From positions 1 to 48,022 of the forward strand of contig JBMNON010000001.1 in assembly GCA_050943115.1 (NCBI GenBank): a DNA stretch of 48,022 nucleotides. Reading direction: 5' to 3'. This document shows positions 10,103 through 20,746 of this stretch, in pieces (within the stretch, counting starts at the first letter, position 1; each line of letters starts with the position of its first letter). Position numbers and translations under genes: made by a program. The notes under the pieces were generated by a model. That model had not been told where the DNA came from. It saw nothing but the letters and a program-made list of their open reading frames with translations, and searched no databases. The DNA comes from Patescibacteria group bacterium (GTDB lineage: Bacteria > Patescibacteriota > Microgenomatia > UBA12405).

Positions 10103-10372
10103 ATGAAACAAGGAATTCATCCAAAATTTTACGATAAATGTGTTGTTACCTGTGCTTGTGGCAATACTTTCACCACTGGCTCAACGGTTGAAAAAATTGA
10201 AGTTGAAGTTTGCTCTAACTGCCACCCGTTCTACACCGGTCAACAGAAATTTGTTGACACCAAGGGTAGAATTGATAAATTCAATCGTAAAGTAGCTCAA
10301 GGTAAAGAATACGCTGAAAGTAAGGCTAAGTCTCAAGTAAAAACATCCAAGAAAAAAGCTAAAAAGGCCTAA
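10103..10372 (+). CDS. rpmE: 50S ribosomal protein L31 (Zn-binding type)
   Basis: [21 protein letters not shown]. Confidence 0.97.
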   Translation: MKQGIHPKFYDKCVVTCACGNTFTTGSTVEKIEVEVCSNCHPFYTGQQKFVDTKGRIDKFNRKVAQGKEYAESKAKSQVKTSKKKAKKA

Positions 10373-10376
10373 ATTT

Positions 10377-11102
10377 ATGCCAACAATTAATCCAAATGTC
10401 GCTGTAATGGAGTTTTATCTGGGTCCCGGCGGACAGGAAGCAGCCCTTTGGGCCCAAGACCTGCAAAACATGTACGTCCGTTATGCCAATAAGCTTGGTT
10501 GGAAAGTAAGTCAAATCGATGACAATATTATAAAAATCAGTGGCTATGATGCTTATGGCCAGCTTAAACACGAAACCGGCACTCATCGGGTACAGCGCAT
10601 TCCAGTAACTGAAAAGCGTGGGCGCCTTCAAACCTCAACCGCCTCTGTTGTAGTCTTCCCTGAAGTTGAAGCCAGGGATATTACTATAAACCCTGATGAT
10701 GTTGAGATTACTGCTACCCGTGCCGGCGGCCACGGTGGTCAAAATGTCAACAAAGTTTCTACCGCCGTTCGCCTGGTTCACAAACCCACGGGATTAACCT
10801 TCAACGTCAGGCAAGAACGTTCCCAACAGCAAAACCGCGATATCGCAATGAATCTTCTTAGGGCTAAACTTTGGCAAATCGAAGAGGATAAAAAATTAAA
10901 TCGAATAAATAGCAGCCGTGCTTCAATTGGCTCGGGGGACAGGGCTGAAAAAATCAGAACCTACAATTATCCCAGGAATCAAGTTAGAGACCATCGTATC
11001 GACCAGTCATTCAATTTAGACAAAGTCCTTCAGGGTAATTTGGAGGACCTTTTCCTGGAACTTTCGATATTGGACGAAAAAGAGGAAATTGAAACGGTTT
11101 AA
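10377..11102 (+). CDS. prfA: Peptide chain release factor 1-like, lacking N-terminal domain 1
   Basis: [10 protein letters not shown] (PxT motif), [20 protein letters not shown]; located after rpmE. Confidence 0.85.
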   Translation: MPTINPNVAVMEFYLGPGGQEAALWAQDLQNMYVRYANKLGWKVSQIDDNIIKISGYDAYGQLKHETGTHRVQRIPVTEKRGRLQTSTASVVVFPEVEARDITINPDDVEITATRAGGHGGQNVNKVSTAVRLVHKPTGLTFNVRQERSQQQNRDIAMNLLRAKLWQIEEDKKLNRINSSRASIGSGDRAEKIRTYNYPRNQVRDHRIDQSFNLDKVLQGNLEDLFLELSILDEKEEIETV

Positions 11103-11103
11103 C

Positions 11104-12291
11104 TTAGTTACTCATATCCCTCTGCTCGAGATAGACATCAACCATTACATCCTTATCGTCTCTCCATAGTTTTACTCTTACTCTATCCCCTATTTTCTTT
11201 TTGTTGACGATAGCCGTTAAAGAACCGTCACTGTCATCGGATAATCTTGTGCCGTCAATTTCTGTAATAATATCTCCTGATTTAATACCGGCTTTTTCTG
11301 CCGGGCTGCCGGTGATCACCTCCTGTACATAAGCTCCAGCCGGTACTTCATTTAGCAAAGCTGCTTGTTTTGAAATCATTCGGTAAGATACTCCGATATA
11401 TGGTCTGTCAAATGCTCCTGTCGTCTTAAAATTATCAATTGAATCTTTTACCAAATTAATTGGCAGTGCAAAACCGATATTCTGGCCACTTTGGGACACT
11501 GCCACATTAACCCCAATTACTTTTCCGCTACTATCAAAAAGCGGGCCTCCTGAATTACCGGGATTAATCGCCGCGTCAGTTTGAATTACATTATCCAGTT
11601 TCTCAGTCCCCTCAAAAGGCGATCCTGCCACGATTCCTCTCCCCAATCCCGAAATAACCCCTGTTGTCACCGTCGACCTGAATTCACCCAAAGCTGTTCC
11701 GATGGCAATTACTGTTTGCCCTACCTTTAAGTCATCAGAATTTCCAAGCTCCACCGGTGTTAATCCATTCTTATTTACTTTTAGAATAGCCAAATCGTTA
11801 CTTGGGTCCCGATAGATTTTATCCACCTCAGCCACATCATCCTTACCGATTACCACACGGTATTTGGCACTGGTGTCCGACACTACGTGCTTATTGGTCA
11901 CAATTAACCCATCTTCCGAGATAATAAATCCAGTCCCAATATCTTGTTCAATTTTTTGCTCTTGTGCTTGCCCTCCTGGAAAACCAAACAAACCGCCAAA
12001 AAAATCAAATGGATTGCTGTTGATTATCTGTGTCTTACTGATTGACACAGTTACCACACTGGGGGTTGCACTCTCCACTACTTTCGTTACCACTGATTCT
12101 TCATTAACAATTTCTCTATTGGACACTTGAGCGTTCGCAAGCCCGCTTTCGTTTCTTTTAACATACTTATCCAAGAATGAAAAACCCACCGCCCTATCCG
12201 CTACCGCTCCGCCGATTACGCTAGTCATCAATAACAAACCGATAAGTAAACCCAACATAAATCCTTTTACAGTTTTTTCTTCCATAATCAA
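11104..12291 (-). CDS. htrA: HtrA/DegP-like serine protease with PDZ domain
   Basis: TNKHVV, DLAILK, QTDAAINPGNSGGPL, C-terminal PDZ. Confidence 0.95.
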   Translation of the reverse strand: MIMEEKTVKGFMLGLLIGLLLMTSVIGGAVADRAVGFSFLDKYVKRNESGLANAQVSNREIVNEESVVTKVVESATPSVVTVSISKTQIINSNPFDFFGGLFGFPGGQAQEQKIEQDIGTGFIISEDGLIVTNKHVVSDTSAKYRVVIGKDDVAEVDKIYRDPSNDLAILKVNKNGLTPVELGNSDDLKVGQTVIAIGTALGEFRSTVTTGVISGLGRGIVAGSPFEGTEKLDNVIQTDAAINPGNSGGPLFDSSGKVIGVNVAVSQSGQNIGFALPINLVKDSIDNFKTTGAFDRPYIGVSYRMISKQAALLNEVPAGAYVQEVITGSPAEKAGIKSGDIITEIDGTRLSDDSDGSLTAIVNKKKIGDRVRVKLWRDDKDVMVDVYLEQRDMSN

Positions 12292-12315
12292 ATTTATTAT
12301 AACTATTTTATAATA

Positions 12316-13518
12316 CTACTCAAGTAGTAAGTCCATAGCTCTCATAAGCTGCTCATCTTCTTCTGTTTCAGCATCATCGGAGATTTCAACATCAGGAGAT
12401 ACACCTTCATCGTGTATATTCTTACCGCTTGGTAGTAACCATTTAGCAACTGTAACATGCAAACCTGAACCATCGCTGAAATTTTCCGGTTGCTGGACAG
12501 TTCCTTTCCCAAATGTTGTCTCGCCAACCAACCTTGCCCTATCATGCTCTCTCAACGCCCCAGCTAAAATTTCTGAAGCCGATGCTGATCCGCCGTTTAT
12601 TAACACCACCAATTCCTCCCACAACAGACCTTTTCTTTTCGTATCGACGCTATAAGTCTCTACAGAACCGTCATAAGCCTCTTGCTTAACAACAACACCT
12701 TTTTCCAAAAAATCCGAAGCCACTTCCACACTGGCGTTAAGATAACCACCCGGATTATTCCTCAAATCCAATACGATTCCGCCAAAATCAGATCCTCTTG
12801 AGTTGTTTATTTCGTCCACGATTTCATCCCACTCTTCGTATAATCTCTCAGTAAATTTATACATCTTTACCCAGGCGATATTCTTACCATCATTCTCCTT
12901 CCATTCGAGCTCTACGCTTGGAACTACAATATTATCTCTTTTAAGGATTACTTCAAAACTTCCCTCCCCTCCTTCTCGAAATAATGTCAAAGTCACCTCA
13001 CTTCCCACCTTCCCTCTTATATTTTCTACAGCTTCATCCAGACTAATTCCTACAGTGTCTCTGTCAAGACCTTTATTGCTATCTTTAATCCTCAAGATTA
13101 AATCCCCGGCTTTCACCCCAGCTGCCTCAGCCGGTGTTTTGGGCAAGGGCGACATCACCGCCAATGTTTTGTCTTTATAACCCAGGGATATTCCTACGCC
13201 GCCAAACTCTCCCGCCAAATCTTCATTTGAGCTCTTGTTTTCTTTTGGTGGTAAAAAAACGGTATAAGGGTCGTTTAAAGCTGCCACCATTCCCTGAATA
13301 GCCCCGTAAGTCATACCCTTCTCATCCATATTTTCTTTTTCCAAAAACAGGCTCTCCAAACGGCCTTTCACCTTCCACATTAGGCTCAAATCTAACTTTT
13401 CCTCTGAAGATCCTCTGGATACGCTATACTCACCTAATTTGAAACTGGCGGCACTGCTTATCGTTAACAACGCTAATATCAATACAATATTCCTAATTTT
13501 TTTCATCAATTCTTTCAT
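12316..13518 (-). CDS. ctpA: S41 C-terminal processing peptidase
   Basis: LNDPYT, PDZ, DLRNNPGG, SASASEI, TFGKGTVQ. Confidence 0.95.
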   Translation of the reverse strand: MKELMKKIRNIVLILALLTISSAASFKLGEYSVSRGSSEEKLDLSLMWKVKGRLESLFLEKENMDEKGMTYGAIQGMVAALNDPYTVFLPPKENKSSNEDLAGEFGGVGISLGYKDKTLAVMSPLPKTPAEAAGVKAGDLILRIKDSNKGLDRDTVGISLDEAVENIRGKVGSEVTLTLFREGGEGSFEVILKRDNIVVPSVELEWKENDGKNIAWVKMYKFTERLYEEWDEIVDEINNSRGSDFGGIVLDLRNNPGGYLNASVEVASDFLEKGVVVKQEAYDGSVETYSVDTKRKGLLWEELVVLINGGSASASEILAGALREHDRARLVGETTFGKGTVQQPENFSDGSGLHVTVAKWLLPSGKNIHDEGVSPDVEISDDAETEEDEQLMRAMDLLLE

Positions 13519-14276
13519 TCTACCACGACCAAAACCCTCCCCGTTTTGGAATTTAACATAACTCTGGCGGCCTTCTTATTGCCATTTACCATTTCTTCCA
13601 GTCTGTCCCAATCATCTTCCTCCATCTTAACTATTGGTAATTTTGTCTGCCAATCTTCTATCTCTTCCTGGCAAACCAAAATAATCCCACCAACTCCCAA
13701 AACTTCTGCTTTTAAAAGTAACGTACTGCTTAAATTACTGCATTTTATAATCCTATCTTTCATTTGGTAATTCAAATCGCCCAACTTATCAACAGATTCA
13801 ATTTTTCCCTCACACCATAACTTCCCTGCAGTGATGCTTTCCCCGCTAAATTCCACGGCTTCAAATTCCAAAACTATCTTTTCATTGCTAACCTCAACCA
13901 CTCTTGCCCCCACCGGACTCCTAACTTCTCTTTTTCCCTCAACCTTTTGCCAATACTCAAAATTAAAAAACTCATCGATATCTTTAATCACTCCTGCCTG
14001 CGGAGATACAATACTTTTGGTAAACATTCCCTTTTTCTCCCTAAGAATCTCTCCGACGCCTACCTCTCTATTTATAAAGGTTTTCTTTAACTCTTCCGCC
14101 TCGTCCTCCTTAATGTTGTTAAAGAAGAAAGACATGTCCACTACCTCGACTACCCCCATCTCCACTTCCGCAAGAACACTGTTCACCTTAACCTCATCAC
14201 CTCTATCCACCAGTATCTTTGACATCTGTGGCAACTTGACTACCCACCTGGCTTTTACTTTCTTTTGCTTTGTCAC
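13515..14276 (-). CDS. Hypothetical protein with barrel-sandwich-hybrid-like repeats
   Basis: 'LVDRGDEVKVNSVLA', 'SPQAGVI', 'SPVGARV'. Start moved to GTG 14276 because the longer ORF runs through the rpsR terminator and TATAAT lies 6 nt upstream of this GTG. Confidence 0.6.
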   Translation of the reverse strand: MTKQKKVKARWVVKLPQMSKILVDRGDEVKVNSVLAEVEMGVVEVVDMSFFFNNIKEDEAEELKKTFINREVGVGEILREKKGMFTKSIVSPQAGVIKDIDEFFNFEYWQKVEGKREVRSPVGARVVEVSNEKIVLEFEAVEFSGESITAGKLWCEGKIESVDKLGDLNYQMKDRIIKCSNLSSTLLLKAEVLGVGGIILVCQEEIEDWQTKLPIVKMEEDDWDRLEEMVNGNKKAARVMLNSKTGRVLVVVE

Positions 14277-14294
14277 AATTTTATTATAAAACAC

Positions 14295-14327
14295 AAAAGC
14301 CCCCCAATAAAATGTGGAGGGCTTTTT
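14295..14327 (-). terminator. Intrinsic terminator after rpsR
   Basis: Minus RNA GCCCUCCA...UGGGGGGC then UUUUGUGUUUU. Confidence 0.8.
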
Positions 14328-14342
14328 GCTCAAATTTTGCTT

Positions 14343-14585
14343 CTATTCTTGAGTTGTAAAAGGCACCAAAGCCAAATGTCTGGCTTGCTTGATAGCTCTT
14401 GCCAACTTTCTTTGATGCTTAACACAAACACCAGTATACTGGGAGCTCAAAATCCTTCCTCTTGAAGATAGATAGTTTTTTAAAACCTCATACTCCTGCC
14501 ATGAAGGCACTATATCGGCTTTACAAAACTGGCACTCTTTTGACCTGACAGCTGGTGTTATCTTTTCTCTTTTTGCTCTAGGCAT
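14343..14585 (-). CDS. rpsR: 30S ribosomal protein S18
   Basis: CQFC, GRIL, TGVCVKHQRKLARAIKQARHLALVPF. Confidence 0.97.
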   Translation of the reverse strand: MPRAKREKITPAVRSKECQFCKADIVPSWQEYEVLKNYLSSRGRILSSQYTGVCVKHQRKLARAIKQARHLALVPFTTQE

Positions 14586-14599
14586 AATATCCTTTATTA

Positions 14600-15139
14600 T
14601 TAAAATGGCATTTCTTCTTCTGTCTGTCCGCTTTCTTCAGACACAGAAGTAGTTTCTTCTTTTTTAACTTCTGTTTCGTTGTCATCCATTATTTCATCCG
14701 GAATAACAATATCTTCAATTTTACCGTCATCTTCCGCTGCCACAGTACCGCTTGAAGAGCCCATATTTTCAGCTTCGTCTCTGGATTCATTTGACTGGGA
14801 ACCTTTGTTATCCAAAATAACCATATCGTCAATTACAATCTCAGCAATTTGTTTCCTCACACCTTGTTGATCCGTTAGATCCCTATACTGGATCCGGCCT
14901 TCCACAAACACTCTCCTTCCCTTACTCAACAACTGGGAACAAAGTTCGGCTAATTTATTCCAGGCAACTATTCTATGGAATTGAGCATCTTCTTTGCGCT
15001 CTCCCTGCTTTGTCACCCATACCCGATTTGTAGCTACCCCAAACGAGGTTACAGCCATTCCGCCTGGCGTATACCTCAATTCCGGATCACGGGTTAAATT
15101 ACCAATTAACATCACTCGATTTAGACATCGACTGGGCAT
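14600..15139 (-). CDS. ssb: Single-stranded DNA-binding protein
   Basis: NRVMLIGNLTRDPELRYTP; acidic tail EEEMPF. Confidence 0.97.
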   Translation of the reverse strand: MPSRCLNRVMLIGNLTRDPELRYTPGGMAVTSFGVATNRVWVTKQGERKEDAQFHRIVAWNKLAELCSQLLSKGRRVFVEGRIQYRDLTDQQGVRKQIAEIVIDDMVILDNKGSQSNESRDEAENMGSSSGTVAAEDDGKIEDIVIPDEIMDDNETEVKKEETTSVSEESGQTEEEMPF

Positions 15140-15148
15140 TTTATCTCC

Positions 15149-15445
15149 TTACTTTTTCAAAATTAAATAACGAATAACGTTCGGTTCTCTATTTAAAAAC
15201 ACATTAAAGTTTTTTAACTCCAATGGCTTCTCACTTTCAACATCCAAAACCCAAAAGTCTCCCTTTTTTGATCCTTGTATTTCATAAACCAATTCCTTAT
15301 TACCCCAATGATCGGATTTAACCACTTTTGCTTCCTGTTGTTCAACCCTGGATGTGATTCTGTTTATCACTTCTTCTTTTTCTTTGTCTTCAATTTTCGG
15401 ATTCAAAACCGAGACAATTTGATATTGAATTTTGTTATCTTTCAT
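15149..15445 (-). CDS. rpsF: 30S ribosomal protein S6
   Basis: WGNKELVYEI, VIRYLI; rpsF-ssb-rpsR order. Confidence 0.92.
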   Translation of the reverse strand: MKDNKIQYQIVSVLNPKIEDKEKEEVINRITSRVEQQEAKVVKSDHWGNKELVYEIQGSKKGDFWVLDVESEKPLELKNFNVFLNREPNVIRYLILKK

Positions 15446-15485
15446 AGACGCACTAGATTAACATATTATCCTCGATAATACAATA

Positions 15486-16862
15486 TTATTTTATTCTCCT
15501 TACCCTGCTGCCTTCCGCCGAATCTTCGATTAAATAACCTCTTTTATTTATCTCATCCCTTAGCTCATCTGCCAAGATCCACTCTTTATTCTCCCTGGCT
15601 TCATCTCTCTTTCTTAATAGCTCTAAAACCTCCCCTGGAACTTCTTCTTTAGCTATCTTACCCAGTCCCAAACCCAATACTCGATCAAAATCCAACAAAG
15701 TAGCTCTTTTTTTTGCATTAGAAATTTTAGTATCTTTTATCAGTTTCCATACCACCGCCAACCCTTCCGGCATCGCAAAGTCATCTCCAACTACCCCCAG
15801 AAACTCTTTTTTATAATTTTCATCTACTTCTCCTCCTTCACTCCTCCAACTGTCAACAAAATTTCTCAATCTATTCAGCGCCACCTCCGCCGCTTCTAAT
15901 GATTCAAATGAAAAAACCAAACCCTTACGATAGTGAGAACTTAGAACTAAGTACCTAAACGCTAAGGGTTCATACCCCATCTCCTTCAATTGCTCCACAG
16001 TATACACGTTTCCCAATGACTTACTCATCTTCGCATCTTTAAGTGTTAGCCAGGCGTTGTGAAGCCAATAATTGGCTGTCTTTTCCCCAAAGGCACCATA
16101 ACCTTGTGCTATTTCATTGGTATGATGAACCCCGATATGTTCAATCCCTCCGGTGTGAATATCAAATTGTTGTCCCAAATATTTTGTCGACATCGCACTA
16201 CATTCCAAATGCCAACCAGGAAAACCCTCGCCCCATGGCGACGACCACTTCATGATATGTTCCGGCTGATTTGTTACCCAAAGCAAAAAATCCCAAGGCT
16301 GTTTTTTTTCTTCATCCACTTCCACCCTGCTGCCCACATTCATTTCCTCCAATTTCAAATTGGCAAACTTGGGATAATCAGTGTACTTTTCCGTGTCAAA
16401 CACTAAACCGGTCTTTGTCTTGTAAGCAAACCCTCTCTCCTCAATTTTCCTTGCTAAATCAATCTGCTCCTTTATATGTTCTGTTGCTCGAGGCAAATAA
16501 TCAGGTCGGTTAATGTTTAGAAGCTCCAAACTATTTATGAATTGTTTTTCATATTTCTTGGCAATATCCCATGGCGATAACCCTTCTTTTTTTGCCCCTT
16601 TTTCCAATTTATCCTCACCCCTGTCCTCATCGGAGGTTAAGTGTCCTACATCCGTGATATTCATTACCCAAGTTACATTAAAACCCGCATACTTCAAAAA
16701 TCTTACAAAAATATCCCAGATGGTATAGGCGTACATATTACCAATGTGTTGATTTGAATACACTGTTGGCCCGCAGGAATATATTCCTACTTGTTTATCT
16801 CTTATTGGCCGGAATTCCTCCTTCTTTTTGCTAGCCGTGTTATAAAGAAAAATCTTTTCCAT
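15486..16862 (-). CDS. cysS: Cysteine--tRNA ligase
   Basis: [28 protein letters not shown]. Confidence 0.98.
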   Translation of the reverse strand: MEKIFLYNTASKKKEEFRPIRDKQVGIYSCGPTVYSNQHIGNMYAYTIWDIFVRFLKYAGFNVTWVMNITDVGHLTSDEDRGEDKLEKGAKKEGLSPWDIAKKYEKQFINSLELLNINRPDYLPRATEHIKEQIDLARKIEERGFAYKTKTGLVFDTEKYTDYPKFANLKLEEMNVGSRVEVDEEKKQPWDFLLWVTNQPEHIMKWSSPWGEGFPGWHLECSAMSTKYLGQQFDIHTGGIEHIGVHHTNEIAQGYGAFGEKTANYWLHNAWLTLKDAKMSKSLGNVYTVEQLKEMGYEPLAFRYLVLSSHYRKGLVFSFESLEAAEVALNRLRNFVDSWRSEGGEVDENYKKEFLGVVGDDFAMPEGLAVVWKLIKDTKISNAKKRATLLDFDRVLGLGLGKIAKEEVPGEVLELLRKRDEARENKEWILADELRDEINKRGYLIEDSAEGSRVRRIK

Positions 16863-16880
16863 TTATGCAATTATATCCTA

Positions 16881-17369
16881 TTAATCTGCTTTTTTAGGAA
16901 ACTCTGAGGTAGCCGACATATCCGAAGTTGACGCCTGCCCCTGTTTCCCCTTGGCAAAAGCGCTGCCTCTCTTCTTCTTTCTCTTTGCCGGGTTTCCGCT
17001 TTCCTGCTGCAACATTAATTGCTCTCTTTCTTCCTCTTCCTCACGTCTCTGCTTCTCAATATTTTTAAGAAACTCCTCCTCCTTTTGTTCTTCTTCACTC
17101 TTTTGTTTCATATTCAATTCTTCCAACTCTCTGTCAATATTTCTTCCGCCCTGCAATGACATTTTTATCTTGTTTACTTCTTCTGTCTTGGCTTTTTCAT
17201 CTTCCTCCTGCCTTTTTTTTATCTCTTCCTCACTCATTTCATTTATCTCCCCCAAAAGTTCTCTACCGCTTAACTTAACCATTTCGCCAACCTGACTCGC
17301 CGCGTCTTTACCGGTTTCTGTTGCTATCTCTCCCAATGCCTCTACCGTATCCTGAATAATTTTTTTCAT
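16881..17369 (-). CDS. Hypothetical charged coiled-coil protein
   Basis: E/K/Q-rich ORF filling the gap; TATAGT 6 nt upstream of ATG. Confidence 0.7.
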   Translation of the reverse strand: MKKIIQDTVEALGEIATETGKDAASQVGEMVKLSGRELLGEINEMSEEEIKKRQEEDEKAKTEEVNKIKMSLQGGRNIDRELEELNMKQKSEEEQKEEEFLKNIEKQRREEEEEREQLMLQQESGNPAKRKKKRGSAFAKGKQGQASTSDMSATSEFPKKAD

Positions 17370-17381
17370 TACTTTACTATA

Positions 17382-17996
17382 TTAAATTGACCTTCGGCTT
17401 TCCAGTGCCCGGCTCAAAGTGCTGGCATCAGCATATTCCAAATCTGCCCCAATCGGAAGCCCACTACCAATCCGGCTTATCTTCACCTTGTCGCTTATAG
17501 CTTCTACTTGCTTTTTTATATATAAAGCCGTCGCCTCTCCCTCCATCGTGGGGTTAGTTGCCAAAATTATTTCCACCTCGCCACTTGCTGCTCTGTTCTT
17601 GACCCTTGACAATAATTCCTCAATTTTAAGGTCGTCTGGTCCCACATGCTCCAATGGATTTATTACTCCACCCAACACATGGTAAACACCCTCATATCCT
17701 CCCGTATTTTCTATAGCCATTACGTCAATTGCCCGCTCCACCACGCAAATTTCATCCTTATTCCTACTGTTCTTATTGCAGATATCGCAAACCTCATTTT
17801 CACTCACTGAAAAACATTCCTTACATATCTTAACCTTGCTTTTTACCTCTTCCAAAGCTACCGCGAACTCCTTAACATAACTTTCCGGAGTATTTAATAA
17901 ATAGAAAACTAACCGGGTGGCACTTTTTGGTCCTACACCCGGCAGTCTTTCAAACATGGCAATCAGTTTACTAATCGCACCTGGAAATTGGGCCAT
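17382..17996 (-). CDS. recR: Recombination mediator RecR
   Basis: LPGVGPKSA, C4 zinc finger, YHVLGG, ATNPTMEGEAT; likely start ATG 17996. Confidence 0.97.
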   Translation of the reverse strand: MAQFPGAISKLIAMFERLPGVGPKSATRLVFYLLNTPESYVKEFAVALEEVKSKVKICKECFSVSENEVCDICNKNSRNKDEICVVERAIDVMAIENTGGYEGVYHVLGGVINPLEHVGPDDLKIEELLSRVKNRAASGEVEIILATNPTMEGEATALYIKKQVEAISDKVKISRIGSGLPIGADLEYADASTLSRALESRRSI

Positions 17997-18006
17997 CTTT
18001 TTCTTT

Positions 18007-18255
18007 TTAAAATAAACCCTCCAAGCCACCCATATCCTTCATCCTCTTCGCCGCTGCTTCCTGGGACTTTTTTAAGGCTTTGTTTACGGTATCCACCAAA
18101 AGCTTGTTCTCAACACCGTTTATTGACAAAAACTTAATTTTTTGGTCACCGCTGGCAATTACCTTAATACCACCCTCTTCCACCTCAACGGTTTCAGCCT
18201 CTACTGCTTTTTTCAATTTCATGGCCTGGGCCAACATTTTTGCTTTATCAAACAT
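18007..18255 (-). CDS. ybaB: YbaB/EbfC nucleoid-associated protein
   Basis: Short 'GGIKVIASGDQKI...VNKALKK' protein between dnaX and recR; likely start ATG 18255. Confidence 0.85.
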   Translation of the reverse strand: MFDKAKMLAQAMKLKKAVEAETVEVEEGGIKVIASGDQKIKFLSINGVENKLLVDTVNKALKKSQEAAAKRMKDMGGLEGLF

Positions 18256-18327
18256 AAATATTTTCCAAAAAAACCTATAACAATTATCCATTTTATCACT
18301 TTAAGAAAACTAAAATTAAAATAGCTT

Positions 18328-19905
18328 TTATCCAAAGATTTCCTTGGCAACATCATAGATATCCTTCCCGTCATTCTCGTTTTTTACCTCCGCTTCACCG
18401 CTTATTTCTTCGATTGGTGTATTATTATCAATTACCAAAGCTTTCTTCCTGGTTTTGCTTAAAACACACTCAAGCTGCAGATCAACGCCGAACACCTTTT
18501 TAAGACCAGTTTCCACGATTTTTCGATTTTTTACCTCCTCCAACTTTTCTTTATGAAAAGGATAAAACACTTCAACGACAAGTACGTTGGCCGCAATTTT
18601 CTTCGGCCTGACAGCTCTCAAAAAAGCCTCTACTGAATGGTTGTATGGTTTTACCGCCAGCAATACATTCCCCCACGATTCTTCAACCTCTTTCATATCC
18701 ATCGACACTGTCACTTCGCTTTGCACTATCTCCCTTTTTATCTCCCGCCTTTCTGCAACCTTCTTTGTTGCTTTATTTTTTACTCGGATTTCTCTTTTTG
18801 GCTCTTTGGGTTCTGCTTCTGCTTTGCTTTTTTTCCTCTCTTTGCCGTTACCGCTCTCCCCCTCGTCACCGACAAACTCAACCACAGCTAATTCCAGGGG
18901 CAACTGGTCGACATTAACGTCCCTCTCTTTCCGGCTTGCCAATATTAACAAATTGATCAGCCTTACCATTTCACTTACCGTTAATTGCCCCTCCTTTTTC
19001 TCACCAATCCCATACGCCGCCAGTATTTTACTCTGAAAATACTCAATCAACCTCTCGCGGAAAAGTACAAAATTAACTCCTCTTTGGGCCATGTTTTCTA
19101 ACTTTTCCAAAATTGCTTTAACATCTTTTCTTTTCAAGTCATTCTCAAAAATTTCTTCATTATAATCACCACCTTTCCCGCTAAAATATGCTTCTACCTT
19201 CTCCATGTCAACTTTCCTTCCACAACCCATCACTATCTCGTTTAATGCTTTGTGCAAATTTCTAAAACTGCCATCGCTCTTCTCAACAATCAAATCTAGA
19301 ACTTTATCTTCTGCCTCAATCCTCTCGCCTTCAACTACTCTCTTTAATGACTTCAACAATTCTTTCTTGTCTCCTTTTCTAAAATCAACCCTCACCAATC
19401 TCGATAATATGGTGTCTGGAATTTTTTGGGGATCGGTTGTACACAAAATAAAAATTGTGTGCTTTGGTGGCTCTTCAATTAACTTTAATAGTGCATTAAA
19501 GGCTTCCTTTGTCATCATATGAACCTCGTCGATAATAAATACCTTCTTTGCCAGCTTACTTGGCAGCAAATAAGCCTTATCTTTTAGCACCCTAACATCC
19601 TCTATCCCCCTGTTGGAGGCTGCGTCAATTTCTAAAATATCAATACTGCTGCCGGATGAAATCTCTTTACAATTGGGACACACGCCGCAAGGCTCAACTC
19701 CCTCTTTGTTTTGACAATTGACAGCCCTTGCCAATATTCTGGCTGCTGAAGTCTTCCCGGCTCCCTTGGGGCCTGCAAAAAGAAATGACTGAGGCATATC
19801 TTCACTTCCCAAAATATTATTAAATACCTCCACAACATCCGCCAAATCTAAATCCGATATTTTTTGCGGTCTATACTTTAAATGAAAGATTGCCATCTTA
19901 CCCAT
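18328..19905 (-). CDS. dnaX: DNA polymerase III subunit gamma/tau
   Basis: KYRPQ, GPKGAGKT, EIDAASNRG, IIDEVHM. Confidence 0.97.
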   Translation of the reverse strand: MGKMAIFHLKYRPQKISDLDLADVVEVFNNILGSEDMPQSFLFAGPKGAGKTSAARILARAVNCQNKEGVEPCGVCPNCKEISSGSSIDILEIDAASNRGIEDVRVLKDKAYLLPSKLAKKVFIIDEVHMMTKEAFNALLKLIEEPPKHTIFILCTTDPQKIPDTILSRLVRVDFRKGDKKELLKSLKRVVEGERIEAEDKVLDLIVEKSDGSFRNLHKALNEIVMGCGRKVDMEKVEAYFSGKGGDYNEEIFENDLKRKDVKAILEKLENMAQRGVNFVLFRERLIEYFQSKILAAYGIGEKKEGQLTVSEMVRLINLLILASRKERDVNVDQLPLELAVVEFVGDEGESGNGKERKKSKAEAEPKEPKREIRVKNKATKKVAERREIKREIVQSEVTVSMDMKEVEESWGNVLLAVKPYNHSVEAFLRAVRPKKIAANVLVVEVFYPFHKEKLEEVKNRKIVETGLKKVFGVDLQLECVLSKTRKKALVIDNNTPIEEISGEAEVKNENDGKDIYDVAKEIFG

Positions 19906-19947
19906 TTAACCAGAGACCGGCTGGCTTGGCAATTAGGCTTTTTTATA

Positions 19948-20316
19948 TCATTTAAGCAAATTCTCTACCCCGTGAAGCAGCCAATCCCCCAAAACCTCGG
20001 ATACTGTCTTGTTTTGGAACCTGGCTTCATACTTAAGTTTTTGGGTGCAAATGACAATATCTCCCAACCTGATTTTTCCATCTTCATCCTTCTTCCTGGA
20101 CATAGGAAAACCTAAAACCTGAGGGATATAGTCCATATTTCGATATTCCTGATTCAACCTTTTTGCTTTTGTTCTGCCGACAAAAGCTATGCTCAATTCC
20201 ACATCCTTGTTTAAACCTTTTTTCTTCAAAGCACTAATCGCCGCCCTCACCACTTCGCCCTTATCAAGGCCCCAATTTTTAGAATGCTTTATTAATATTT
20301 CAAAACTATTTTTCAC
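19948..20316 (-). CDS. ybeY: YbeY-like rRNA maturation factor, truncated metal-binding motif
   Basis: LNQEYR, VLGFP, LGDIVIC; ends LLHGVENLLK. Confidence 0.8.
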   Translation of the reverse strand: MKNSFEILIKHSKNWGLDKGEVVRAAISALKKKGLNKDVELSIAFVGRTKAKRLNQEYRNMDYIPQVLGFPMSRKKDEDGKIRLGDIVICTQKLKYEARFQNKTVSEVLGDWLLHGVENLLK

Positions 20317-20746
20317 CTAATTTTTCTCTAACAATTCTTGATACTACCTCTCCCGAAGCCCTACCTCCAATTCTAGGCATAACCTCTCTCATTACCATGC
20401 CAAAATTACCACCGACTTTATCTACAATTTCACCCACTATCTTCCCGACTTCCTCTTCACTCATCTCCTCGGGTAAATATTCCTTAACAATTGCAATCTC
20501 ATAATCCAATTCTTCGACCAAGTCAGCTCTACTGGCTTTCTCAAACATCGCCCTTGATTCTTCCTTATTTTTTAGTTCCTTCCTTAAAACACTTATAGCT
20601 TCCTCATCAGACATTTTGCCAGGTGGAAGCTGAAGTTCTCTTTTATCAATCAAGGACACCAGATACCTCAACACTTCCACCTTACGGCCATTATGCTCTT
20701 TTAAAGCTGCTACACTATCTGCTTTAATTTTCTCTTTAAGCAGCAT
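20306..20746 (-). CDS. GatB/YqeY domain protein
   Basis: YLPEEMSEEE, FGMVMREVM, GRASG; follows rpsU. Confidence 0.9.
   Translation of the reverse strand: MLLKEKIKADSVAALKEHNGRKVEVLRYLVSLIDKRELQLPPGKMSDEEAISVLRKELKNKEESRAMFEKASRADLVEELDYEIAIVKEYLPEEMSEEEVGKIVGEIVDKVGGNFGMVMREVMPRIGGRASGEVVSRIVREKLGEK

Noticed and set aside
18828-18834. dnaX programmed frameshift site (A7 run after domain III)
   Set aside because: Codons are AGG AAA AAA AGC, not the A AAA AAG phase. The run is shorter than the A9 slippage type and no clear stimulatory hairpin was seen.
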